Position numbers and translations under genes: made by a program. DNA of 64,000 nucleotides from Patellaria atrata CBS 101060 (taxonomy: Eukaryota), in contig MU006089.1 in the NCBI GenBank assembly GCA_010093705.1, positions 2,715,561 to 2,779,560 on the forward strand. Direction: 5' to 3'. Below are positions 48,479 to 60,049 of the stretch, piece after piece; the first letter of the stretch is position 1, and each line of letters opens with the position of its first letter. The notes under the pieces are model-generated. The model was not told where the DNA came from. It saw nothing but the letters and a program-made list of their open reading frames with translations, and did no database searches.

Positions 48479-50155
48479 CTAAAAGCATTCGTCCAAACTA
48501 TCCACAAATGTTTTTCCCTTACCCCTAAATGTATCCTCAAGTCCCTGTTCATCTTCGTCTTCGTCCTCGTATTTTCTCAGAGCAGTTTCTTCCACCAGCA
48601 CTGGCAACGGAGTTCGACCTGTTAAGATGTCATACAACGAGTCCTCGCTCTCGTCTTCTTTATCAGGAGTCTTTAGACTCTTGGGCACTTGCATAACCTC
48701 TCGACCCTCCGGCCAAACGAGCATATAACTGCGAGTGTCGCTGAACATAATCCCAGGCCGCTGCGAAGACGACCTATGGAGCCAACGAGCATCCTGACGG
48801 GGTCCAGGTTTGGTGAAATGTGATGCAAGAGATAACAATTGCGGTACGGTTTTCATGGAGTCATACAGGTAGATGATGGGTTCGTCTTGCGTGCAATGAG
48901 TCAGAAGCAACTCAGAACGCGATGGGTGCCAAAGTAGCTGTCGGACTGCGGAGTGTTGAACTAGCACAGTGAGAGGTGTCAGTCTAGTGAGATCCCATAT
49001 CCATACTGTGGTTGGGAAGGAGTCCGAGCGGGTGGCGACGAGAGTCCCGTCGCTGTTGAAGGAAATGAGGGAGACTCCCTGTTTAAGGGAGGAGTCGGAA
49101 GGCGTGGTGGGGGCGATGGGAGGAGTAAATGGTTGTGGAGCCATGGTAAGGCGACGTGGTGAGGAAGTAGAGACGGTTTCCTGCCATACTTCACCGGTAG
49201 GAAGATGGATTGTAGGGGCGTGGTCGAGAAAGACGTTGGGTGAGAACTGGATGAGACTTAGTATTAATCATAGGTTTGGGAAAGTGTACATACTGTTCGC
49301 GTACTGAGAAGCGTGAGTTTTCTATCATAGCTCCCTACTGCGAGATAGTCTCCTCTCGGGCTCCATTTGATATTCTTGACTCCAGGACCTTGTATCTCCC
49401 CATCCTGCTCTCCGCAATATGTACGATATAGGTGTCCATCAGCTGTATAGATCATTACTCTGTACCCACTACTCGATGCATCCCAAACCGCCAACCATCT
49501 CCCATCCGGACTCCAACTCAACCCCTGCACATCCACCGTTGGTAAAGTTACCGTCCTGAGCACAAAATATGTGTCTGGTGCATGCAGAGTTAAGATATCC
49601 TGGGCTGCTGGTCGCGATAGTAATGCAAAGACTCCTGAAACCCCATATCCAAACCCTTTAGTTGAAAACTTCGGGTCTCTGATCTCCACGCTCCTTCCAC
49701 TTATGAGTGACCACACAACGACCTTAGCACCGAAGTCGGAAAATACCAGAGCTTCATTCTCGTTTCTCCCAAACTCAACATTGGCTATTTTTCCCATACC
49801 CCCACTTCCATTATTGATCGTAGCGGACCATCTCTCATCGCGGAGATCGTATATGCGCGCGTTGTCTTCGTTGGAGAGGAGGATGCGGCGCGATTCTCCT
49901 CCTGTACGGGGGCATGCAGACCAACGAATGAGAGACACTTTAGAGAAACTCTCGCCGGGTATTGGTATGCTTCTTGTTATCTCCAGGGAGCTGGTCTCTC
50001 GAATTTGAAGGCGGTTATTGATAATGCTTGCGATATGCGCATTGTCTGGGGATAGGATAGACAATTGCGAGCCTATAGATTTATTAGTACCAGTATATCA
50101 GATAGTTTGCGTCGAAATTACATTTGTACATCTGAGAAACTTCTAAACCATCCAT
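48479..50155 (-). CDS. WDR8: WD40 protein WRAP73/WDR8 orthologue (spindle pole body / microtubule anchoring)
   Basis: MDGLEVSQMYK, intron, then SVEIRDPKF, SWSPDGRWLAVWD, IYTADGHLYRT, LAVGSYD, PTTVWIWDL, LLWHP. Second intron at ~49281-49228. Confidence 0.85.
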
Positions 50156-50465
50156 AGCGCGCAAAAGTTCTTCATTATGTGACTTCGAGAGTCCGTAAAC
50201 AAACCTCTACTAAGCCGGCAAAAGTTCGGCTGTTTCGCGGAAGATCTTTCTGGTCTCATCGGTGTATTTGCACGCATCCTGGAAGTACTCTTTGGAGTCA
50301 TATCCTATCACATCATAACCATGGGCCATCTTTATAGTAATTTGACCTCTTGATACTTCGTTGTACCTCGAGCCAAACTGGTCCAATTTGGTCAGCGACC
50401 AGACATACGACTCGGGAGAGTATACGGAAACTTCAAAACGTACTTTTAGACCCAAACGAACTGTA

Positions 50466-52297
50466 ACGTGGTCTACAAGCGAGCGGCGCACTTTTCCACT
50501 CCACCATAACCTTCAAACTTAATTACATAGCTACAACCCGAGAAGATTAACTGCACTCAATTGAACTCTTTTCTTCAGACATTTCTTCGTCCTCTTAACA
50601 AGTTCGTATATTATGTCCAATCTTTCCGCACCTCCTACAACGCCGTGAATGCGACAATCCTTCCTCCAACTTCCTACCCGATTGTTGTCTAACAACCTCT
50701 TTCTAGGCAATCAATTCTTGTGCATCTTATACACTAAGTGCTCCTCCTGCTCGCACACGTGTTTTTTTTGGCCCGTCGTCGCTTCGCAAGTGCCTTATTA
50801 GCCTGTCGAAGCGTTCGGACCTCGTCGCGTAGAAGTGTCATTTCATGAGCAATAAGCTCCGTACCTTTTGCTAACTACTTAACAGCAGAGAAAATAGTAC
50901 TTGGAGAACTTCCTTGGTATCGGGCTATCCGATCCTTGACATGCTCAGACTGCGAAACAGCTTCTTTGGGGTTGTTTGGTGTCTGAGAGACCTATGGGTC
51001 GGCAGCGGGGGGAAGGGGTCCGGCCGGTGTTGGCGTCCGTAACTTCATATCAAGCTCTGAAATGACAGCTTAAGGGTCGTGAGGGACTAGGCCAGCGCCG
51101 AAGAAGCCCGCTTGGATATTTCCAATCGTCATAGTGTTGACGTGGGCGTCTTTTAACCCGGTGAAGAACTCGGTTTTGGTGATATGGATAATATGGGCTT
51201 TGATGAAGGCTTCGAGTTCCCGGCCGTACATCCGCTTCAGCACGCTGAAACATCCAACATCTAAAGGTTGGGTGAGGTGCGAAGAATGTGCAGGCAGGCA
51301 GGCAAACGGTGATAATGTTCTTTTCTTTGCAGAATTCCTCGAACTGAGCCGACAGATGGCTTGCATGACCGTCAAGAACAATCATCCGATAGACACCTTT
51401 CCGCCGGGCATCTATATGCTGGTGGAAATGCTGAATCCAGTCCATAACCGTCTCTTTATCCGTCCAGCCGTTTGGCGAGGTCTTGATGACCCAGGAAGGC
51501 GGGAGACTGCATTCGGTGTACCAGGATGCGAGGTGGTTGACGCCTTGCACAACCAAGAAAGGAAGCAGCACAAAACCGTCGCTGCTCACACACTCGATTG
51601 CCGTGGCCCATTCGCGATTGCCAGGTTGAAGTTGTTTGCCTCTACCACGCCTGTCGGCACGCGTGACAACCATGCCGCCGCAGATAACGCCCATCATGAA
51701 GCCTGTTTCGTCGAAGTTGTAAATATCGGCATCTTGGATCGCGTATTTCGCGCGCATGTTAGCTACCAGACGGAACCACGCGTTTATCGCGTCCGGATCT
51801 TCGCAGAGAGCTCTCTAGAAGTTGTAGGCACGAGAAAAACGCGTTTTCAGCTCTGGTCGTCGCTTGACGAAGTTCTCCGCCCAATGCTTCCTGACGCGTC
51901 CCGCGACGCGCTCCGCGAGGAGCAGATTGGCCATCTCTTCCACATTAGCCAGCCGGGACGGAAACCCTCGCGCATCTAGGTCCAGAATATATTGGACGAC
52001 CACCTCTTCTTCGGTTTCTGTCAGCTTTTGAGCATTAGGGCGATAGTCGCGCTTGGGAGTTCGGCCGTTTATTCTCGCGCGGAGGGTAGTTTCGGAGACG
52101 TTGTAGATCGCTGCGGCTTTCCGACGGCTGAGTTTTTTGTTGCGTTCGAGAGCTTGGATGGCAAGGACAATTTGACTTTCGTTTGATTGCGTAGGCATTG
52201 TTGGTTGTGGAGAAATGCGTTATTATAGAAGAAAAAGTTATGATGCGTGGAAAAGTGCGCCGCTCGCTTGTGTGCGCCACTCGCTTATGGACCACGT
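50466..52297 (-). mobile_element. Fot1/Pot2-like (pogo, Tc1-mariner superfamily) DNA transposon, 1832 bp, TA target-site dinucleotides
   Basis: TIRs begin ACGTGGTC..AAGCGAGCGGCGCACTTTTCCAC at both ends, flanked by TA at 50464-50465 and 52298-52299, and enclose a transposase. Confidence 0.93.
50596..52198 (-). pseudogene. Inactivated pogo/Fot1 DDE transposase
   Basis: HTH_psq (RKAAAIYNVSETTL), CENP-B HTH, YNFDETGF, VLDGHASH, QPLDVGCF and C-terminal CRRCGKIGHNIRTC. Stop TAG at 51815, a 4-bp duplication frameshift near 51295, and further stops. Confidence 0.9.
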
Positions 52298-55200
52298 TAG
52301 AGGACTTTTAAACTGGACACCAACCCTACCAATTCTACTCTGTGGAGATTTTAATCTACACTATAGCTGGTGGAACCAACAAGCCACTACCTCTAAGATA
52401 GCCAAGTCAAGAACCATGGTCAAATGGCTAAGGGACCATAACTGTCAGCTCCTTAATCTATACAATACTGGCACATTCTTTAGATCTAACCTAACAAGAC
52501 AATCAATTATCGATCTAGCATTTGTCTCATCTAACTTTCAGCACGCCACCTGGGATAACTGGGCCATCACTGAAGAGACAGGGAGTGACCATAAGACAAT
52601 TGCATTCTCTATGTTTACTAGGAAGATAGAAAGGTTCCAGAACCCTCTACAAAGCCCACCATATGCTTTAAAGAAGGCAGACTGGGAGGAGTTTATAAAC
52701 ACACTTAAAGTAAGATCGCAAGATCTCAGGGTAGATCAAAGGATAAAGCAAGTAGAGGACTACACCCTAACCCATTCAATCAACTTACTGGCGTAAAACA
52801 GTCAAGAACAGCAAGGCTGGATAGACAAGATGGAAGAACTAGTAGTGGACCTTACGTATTGCCTCACAACTGCAGCAGACAAAGCCATCCCAAAAGCCAG
52901 AATCTGCGAATACTCTAAAACATGGTGGAACAAAGACATATTTAATAAGAGGAAGAAGATGACCCAACTTAGGAGAAGGCTTAAGATCTATTATCCAAGA
53001 AACCAGGAATAGCTGAACTATGCATTTAAAGCTGCACGGAATGACTACTTTCACACCATTAGAAAGGCAAAGTCTGATTACTGGAATAGCTTTCTTGAGA
53101 ATGCTAGAGGGAAGGAAGTCTTCACTGCACTAAAGTACACTAAAGATAAAACACTACGCAACATTCCCACACTGCAGTACTCTAGTAATGGTATACTAAC
53201 ACAAGCGGAAAGCTTTAAAGACAAATGCACAGCTCTCATTACCACCTTATTCCCTACACCACCAAGCACAACAGCCTGCCAATGGGAAACCTACTCACAG
53301 GATCCAAGCTGGGAATGGCCACGACTGGATAGTGTAGAAGTGGAGGCAGCAATTAATTCTAGCTCACATAGGAAAGCCCCAGGAGGAGATAAACTTTCGT
53401 TTACCATTATCTAGAAAGCGTACCCAGCAATCTCGGACATTTTCTCGGACATTTTCAATAGGCTGTATAAGCTCCTATTTCAAGTTGGCTATCATCCTAG
53501 GATATGGAGGGAGGCAGTAGGAGTTATGCTGCCAAAGCCTAATAAAGACGACTACTCTATACCAAAGTTATATAGGATCATCTCCTTACTTAACTGCCTA
53601 GGCAAGACTTTAGAAAAGATCATGGCAACAAGACTAGGCTACCTAGCAAACACCACACACCTACTTCAGCACTCACAGATGGGAGGGAGGCAACAGCGCT
53701 CTGCTATTGATGCAACACTCTTACTGCTGGAGTATATCCAGAGCCAAAAGGCTGGCAAGTCAGGGAGTAGGAAAGTTGCTACAACATTACTGTTTGATGT
53801 GAAAGGAGCGTTTGACCATGTATCAAAGAACCAACTACTATCTACCTGCAAACAACTAGGACTCCCATATAGCCTCTACCAATGGATCTCATGCTTCTTA
53901 ACTCACAGAAAGATGCAACTGATATTTAATGGGGAAAGGCAAGAAATGCATAGTATAATTTTGGCATACCTCAAGGCTCACCAATCTCGCCGATTCTCTT
54001 CTTAATCTACATTAGGAAGATATGTAAAGATAGGGAGTGGATTAACTTACTAACTTATATTGATGACTTTTCACTGACAACAGTCTCCACGTCTGTAAAG
54101 AAAAACTGCAAGCTGCTAGAACAGGCTGCCCAAGACCTGATCTTAACAGCTAAAGAGCATGGCATTGAATTTGATATTGCAAAAACGGAACTCATCCACT
54201 TTCATAATAAGAGAACACCAATCCAGGACTCAATCTGCCTCTTCAACCAAGTGGTCCAGCCAGAGCTAATGGTTAGATGGCTTGGGATGTTCCTAGACTC
54301 AAAACTCACCTTCAAACAGCATGTAGAAAGAAAGATTAAGAGTGCAGAAAATGCAATATACATGATTCAAAGGCTAGGAAACACACAGAAAGGTCTATCA
54401 ATGCAAGCGGTGCGTAAGCTGTATATTGCATGCGTCAACTCAATAGCAGACTATGGAGTACCAGTATGGTGGAACCCAAATCACAGGAACAGCCAGCAAG
54501 TTGGAAGGTATCAAACATTGCAGAATAAAGCATTAAGGATGATCTTAGGTGCCTTTAAGACTTCCCCAAGCATGGCCATGGAAATTGAAGCAGATCTACC
54601 TCCCCCAGCTGTTAGATTTGAAAAGCTATGCAATTCTTATGCCCTCAGAACTCTAAAGTTCCATAAAAACCATCTAGTTAAGAGAGTTCTCTGGGAAGAG
54701 CTTGAAAGAGATGACTTAGAAGCAACCTTAGACTCTAACTCAGAAGCAGGCAATACTCCTATCAAGTATATCACAAGACCAAACACTCAACTCCTGTCCT
54801 TATTGAAGAGAACTCAGGAGTTTATCACCAACTGGAAGATGGAAAAGATTTCCATACATAATGCCCAACCTTGGAGACCAAAGTTAAAGGCGTTATTTAT
54901 CATCTCCAGCAAGGATAAGGAAAAAGCATCAAAGCAACATGACAAAATAATTAGAGACCTAGAATCAAGCATAAAAGATGGGCTAGTCAGTGTTTACTAC
55001 ACTGATGGGTCTAAAGATGGCAACAGAAATGCTGCAGGAGCATGTCAGATAGGAAATAATCGGCGTATTTTGTTTGCCAGTAACTGGAACTTAGGGGATA
55101 GCGTTGAGATTATGGATGCAGAGCTATTTGCCATTCTCAAAGCACTTGAAAGAGAAAAGGCCCAACGTGAGAAAGGACAATCCATTGCCAAAAACCTATG

Positions 55201-55990
55201 CGTTTTTGTGGACAGCCAGGCAGCACTTAAGAGACTACAAAAGAATGCCCTCGATGGAGGACAAGAATTAAGTATAAAGATAACAGACCTATGTAATACC
55301 CTTACTAATGAATGGGAAATGAGAATTACCTTCAGCTGGGTTCCCGGTCATAAAAACATCTTTGGGAATGACATAGCAGACAAGCTGGCTAAAAAGGGAC
55401 TGGGCAGCAAGCCTATAGGCACTTCATTCACATCACTCAGTTATATTAAACGGAAAGCCAAAGAAAAGATCTTATCTGATTGGAAACAAAGCTGGGAAGC
55501 CAATAGCAAGAAACAAGGCAAACATTATACACGCATTTGCAGAGATCTTGTGCGTTTCTCACTCGGTATACCCAAATCCAATGTCCAGAAGAAGATCCAA
55601 GCAGCATACTTTCAACTTAAGACTGGTATTGGATTTTTCAAATCTTACTCTAAGGTGATTGGGAAAGATGAAGAAGGGAAGTGCTTCAGAGACTGTCAAT
55701 CACTCCAAACACCAACACACCTAATTTTACATTGTGCACACTACTCTAAGGAACGCAAGGAAATGAGGAAGGAACTAAGATCAAAGCTAACAATGGAAAA
55801 GCTTTTTTGCACAAAGTTAGGCAAACAGGTGTTATTCAAGTTTTTAGCAAAAACTCAAATCTCTACCGCCAGATGGTTAATACACGCAGGAGATATAGAT
55901 AGAGTAGAAGCATAGAGTCTACAGAAGATAACAAGATGTATGGCATAAAAATGGAAATTAGAAAAGAGATGGTGAAGAGGAAGAAAGACG
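52298..55990 (+). mobile_element. 5'-truncated non-LTR retrotransposon (Tad1-like LINE) with EN-RT-RNase H ORF2, inactivated
   Basis: Endonuclease LCGDFN, IDLAF, GSDH; RT YRIISLLNCLGK, DVKGAFDHV, YIDDF, WLGMFLD; RNase H YTDGS, AELFAI, VDSQAAL, WVPGH; terminal Cys/His knuckle. Stops at 52794, 53010 and 53412, and a frameshift near 53960. Confidence 0.92.
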
Positions 55991-56059
55991 GTTTTCCAAC
56001 AATTTCCTTTATATGGAGATTAAACGTAATAGCTTTCCTTTACATATAAATTACCAGTA

Positions 56060-56190
56060 GGTTTTCTTCCCTCTAGCATTCTCAAGAAAGCTATTCCAAT
56101 GGTCAGAATTTGCCTTTCTGATGGTGTGAAAGTATTCATTCCTGTCAGCTTTAAATGCGCAGTTCTGTTGTTCCTGGTTCCTTGGGTGAT
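56060..56190 (-). mobile_element. Inverted ~130-bp fragment of the same LINE family
   Basis: Reverse complement aligns by eye to 52990-53121 (HPRNQEQQNCAFKADRNEYFHTIRKANSDHWNSFLENARG) with scattered substitutions. Confidence 0.88.
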
Positions 56191-57276
56191 GTGAGCGGTC
56201 CCTAGTAATTGTATTCCAACTATCTAGTCCAGATGCTATCTACAATCAAGATAAAGAAGAAGAGAAGAGGCCGAGGGCAGGTTCAAGGAGAATCTTACTG
56301 GCTGATCTTCGGGTTCAGGGCACGCCCATACCATTAGGCTCTAGCCAGTTACATCGACGTGTACTGTGTCCGCAAGAGTGACGCAACGTTGATATCTTCT
56401 AGGGAATCTTCGTCTTCCGTTCCAAAAGCGATTGTTTAATACAATATCGGGGTGATAATGTCGGAAAGATGAGTTGAAACTTCGCATAGATGCTTTAAGT
56501 CCTTAAGTTCCCATGGCTGTTTAAGTTCGCCGGTCTAGCTTTACTGACTTTGGAACAAAACTACCCACTTGAAAATCGTCACAGGAATTTCCACCAGCAG
56601 ATCTAATAACATTGTCTATTATTGTAAGTCTGATCTTTTGTTTTATGGTATAGGATGTGCTTAGACGATAAATACTGGGTTGCGGTGTGATTGTAGCGTC
56701 CAAATGGAGACCGTGAGCTGACGAGGTGAACAATAAATCTTACCACCATTAACGACAGCTGGTCAACGGGCCATAGGAAGGATCGGGATCGATTACCTTA
56801 AGGGATCGCTATTAGAATGCAGTTGCCAGAAGATCGTTGTGAAATTGTAGAAGCGGGTGACATAGCAAAGACTTGACAAATCCTAAAGGTACGGGCAATA
56901 TCCCTAAGGTGCTTGCGTACCAAAGTAAAGATTTCCTCCCATCTCAAAGCGAAATGTGTCTAAAGCCACGAACCAAAAGACTATTTGTAGCTGTAAGTAA
57001 AATATATAATTATAGCACTAACAAGGCGCTTACGCGAGTGTTTATCACTTTCGTAATCCGATTGCCCCTAATAAGCGGGTTTTCGAAAATAGACTTAGCG
57101 GAAGCATTTTCGAGAACACTAACTGATTGTGTGAATTACCTCCCTTTCGCCAGGTGTTCCATGCAATAGGAATTTTGAATTGTAGTCCCAAAACTCGGTT
57201 CTTCCTGTCCTCGATTGGGGAATCTTAGATCTCACTTCCTGAATTTGCCCTGGGTGCTCTAGTTTTCGAGGAACCG

Positions 57277-59586
57277 CTATTCGAACACCTTTAAGCTGTG
57301 TAATTCAATAGCCGCTCGTCGTATCTCCCGCGTAAATACAGAACACCTGTCTCCTATCTGCTTCGTTAGACTTCTCTCCGAGTCCAATCCTCGCTTCCTC
57401 TTCCAATTTGATGAGATGATACCCAGGGCAGGCCGTGGTTCGCAAACCTGTGCCCGCTCAAAATCGATCACCATGACCTGGCTAGTCTCCTCATCCCACA
57501 GCATGTTACGAGGCATAAGGTCCTTATGTAAAACCCGCAGCTCATGGATTGCTCGGACTGCGCAGTCAACCTGTTGAGTGATGTATTGCCTGTTCTTGGT
57601 GGTGAGGTGTTGATAGATAGGTTTTCCTCCGAAACTAAGAAACATCATGTGAACAAGCTCTGTAATGCCTTCATAGAAATAGGGAGTGTCCAGATCTATG
57701 TTACCTAAATGGACCGGCACATGGATACCCTGGATTGGACGGAGGTGCTCGTAGATGGTAGCCTCCCGTTTGAGGCGATGAACGAAGTCGATAGGGGTGC
57801 ATTTAGCGGCTACGGTGTATCCGTGCGATCTCAGTCTGACACGGAATAGGACGCCGCATGCTCCAGGAACACCTACAGGATTGCAGTCGATATCTAGAGT
57901 TTTTGAGAGTTGTTGGCGAATGAGATCAAGGAAGGTAGGCGTATCAATCTGATGATAGCTCTCCCCGTGATCGCGTACGTTTGGACACAACATATCGAGC
58001 GGACCACCCTCAACTAAACCGCGCAAACAATTTTGCGTACAGTATTGTCCACTTTGTGCTCCTCGGCGGGAATTGCGACTAGGCGACGAGCTGCCGGCAG
58101 TGGCTTGGGTGCCAGACGGGCATTGGGGTGAGGATATTTGTCGACTTGGAGTGTCCGGATCAGGCTCGTCATCACTAGCTTCATGCTGATCCTGGGGTCG
58201 CGAGCAGTTAGGAGAGCCAGTTAGAGCTGGTCTTCCCCTGAGCTGGATGGGCGACGTACGAAGGAATACATCGTGCCGAGGTGGTCGGTACTCCGATGAT
58301 GGCGCGTCTTGTAGAGGAATGACATCCAGCATGTCATCGTACACAACCTCCCAGCTATTCAGTTGAGCGGCGGCCTCGGCCCGCCACTTCTGACCCCGAG
58401 GCGGTGTCTTCAGCGCCTGAAGGGTAAAAGCCAGCATCTGCCCAACGGCTGTTAGGTGCAGGCGATTCGCTCCGCCCGAATTTGGTACCCATCCTGTGGA
58501 TTCCCCGACGTCACCCTTGGGGACGGATAGGAAGTAGTGCACCGTCCTAGGATCATCGGGCACCCGTAGGAAGATGAATGCTTCGCCAGTGCACACGCAA
58601 CCATACTTTAACCCAACCTTCACTATATAAGAAAATGCTTGTGTGATGACTGCAGCCATTAGTCGACGAAAGTGGTCTCGCGGAGTATCAGTTTCGCGAC
58701 ACTGGATCACGTCCTCGAGTTCCATATCATCTAGACCCTCGTAGATATAACTGAGCGGGAGCTTGTGTGGCGCCTTATATTCAACAATGAAGGCGGCAAT
58801 GCGATTCTCTATGTTCTGAGTGCTTATGTTATAGACGCAAAATTGATCTGCACGAGGACGGGACGGTCGTGCTGCTACGCGAATTGCGGTCGATTCTATT
58901 GGGTCTGTCGAGCTTAATGGCCTTGCATCTTTGGACTGAGCCTGTAAGCGTGGTGACCGTCGTGGCTGAGTTCCCGATAGCGTCGTTTGCTCCATGCCCT
59001 CTTCGAGTAGTTCCGTGCTGAGGGTGTTGGCGTGATTCTCGAAGCTTATAGAACCTTGTAGACAAAACTTCCGTCGAAGCGATCGGTCGTTGTACATTTG
59101 TTTGATAATCAGTGATACCGGGTCCTCGACAGTGGAGCGCTGAAAGACGTTTAGGTCTAGCTCAGAACTCAACATCCTCCGTCGGACAGCCTCCCCAGAC
59201 TCTGTCAGGGTATGCACTGAGGTGAAGTGCCGCTCCGAGACAAAATCCAAACTCATAAGGTCGTCCCAGATCGCTTCCTGATGCGCCGCGAAATCGTCCC
59301 ATATAAGGACCCTTTCGGGTCGAAGCTTGTTATTCGCATTCGCAGGGCCGCCTCGCGTCGACAACGACACATTGGTCTGAACGGCGAGATTTGAGTGAAG
59401 ATGATTGTGACAGGCATCGAGGAACTCGGGAAGAGTCGTCTTGCGGGTTTTCTCTTCAGCTTTTTCCTGTGCCAGCTCTGCTTCTTCGCGTCTGCGCTGC
59501 TCTTCTTCGCGGGCTTGTTCCGCTTCTTGCCGCCTGCATTGCTCTTCAAGCCAGAGTCGTTTGTAATCGGGCGATTGTTGGGACAT
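57277..59586 (-). CDS. Spok-family (spore-killer-like) protein: coiled coil + PD-(D/E)xK nuclease + Cys/His cluster + protein-kinase-like domain
   Basis: Intact intronless 769-aa ORF: EEEQRRREE coiled coil, RKTTLPEFLDACHNHL, RADQF..IVEYKAPHK, CTQNC-x13-C-x5-H-x4-H, VAAK, HKDLMPRN, IDFE. Confidence 0.85.
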   Translation of the reverse strand: MSQQSPDYKRLWLEEQCRRQEAEQAREEEQRRREEAELAQEKAEEKTRKTTLPEFLDACHNHLHSNLAVQTNVSLSTRGGPANANNKLRPERVLIWDDFAAHQEAIWDDLMSLDFVSERHFTSVHTLTESGEAVRRRMLSSELDLNVFQRSTVEDPVSLIIKQMYNDRSLRRKFCLQGSISFENHANTLSTELLEEGMEQTTLSGTQPRRSPRLQAQSKDARPLSSTDPIESTAIRVAARPSRPRADQFCVYNISTQNIENRIAAFIVEYKAPHKLPLSYIYEGLDDMELEDVIQCRETDTPRDHFRRLMAAVITQAFSYIVKVGLKYGCVCTGEAFIFLRVPDDPRTVHYFLSVPKGDVGESTGWVPNSGGANRLHLTAVGQMLAFTLQALKTPPRGQKWRAEAAAQLNSWEVVYDDMLDVIPLQDAPSSEYRPPRHDVFLRTSPIQLRGRPALTGSPNCSRPQDQHEASDDEPDPDTPSRQISSPQCPSGTQATAGSSSPSRNSRRGAQSGQYCTQNCLRGLVEGGPLDMLCPNVRDHGESYHQIDTPTFLDLIRQQLSKTLDIDCNPVGVPGACGVLFRVRLRSHGYTVAAKCTPIDFVHRLKREATIYEHLRPIQGIHVPVHLGNIDLDTPYFYEGITELVHMMFLSFGGKPIYQHLTTKNRQYITQQVDCAVRAIHELRVLHKDLMPRNMLWDEETSQVMVIDFERAQVCEPRPALGIISSNWKRKRGLDSERSLTKQIGDRCSVFTREIRRAAIELHSLKVFE

Positions 59587-60049
59587 GGTGGTGCGATGAT
59601 AATAATGGGACGAGATTTGTTAGGTAAGGTTTGTTTATAGTGGTTGTGGTTTAGGGGAAAACACCGGCGGGATAATCCGAACCAATCGGTTGCAAGACGA
59701 ACAGTATGCATTTAATGTCCTGGACGAGAATGCTGACTAGAGGCAACCAAAACAAACTCTAAGGCGCCGCGGATTGCTTAGACAGCTTCGGCTGTAAAGT
59801 TCAATAAAAAAAAAAAGTGCAATGTCCTATTGTGGAGAGCCATCACATAAAAGTTCTTTAACACAATCTACTACTAGGAAACCGCTCCACGGCTCAATCT
59901 ACACTAGCTGGTTTGCCCTTATGTCTTGTCCAGAATGAACGAGTCTGGTTTCCACAAAATGTTTTACTATGGCCCCTAAAAGAAAACCCTACTAACATGC
60001 TCTACCCCATTGAACTCACGCATAAACCTCTCGCGCAGTCACAGCTTTG

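Noticed and set aside
51134..51979. 281-aa plus-strand ORF
   Set aside because: Antisense shadow of the GC-rich transposase; the same applies to most short ORFs overlapping called genes.
56200..57250. Possible decayed gene between the LINE and the Spok-like gene
   Set aside because: Protein-like patches (TPILY*TIAF...) are too interrupted to assign.
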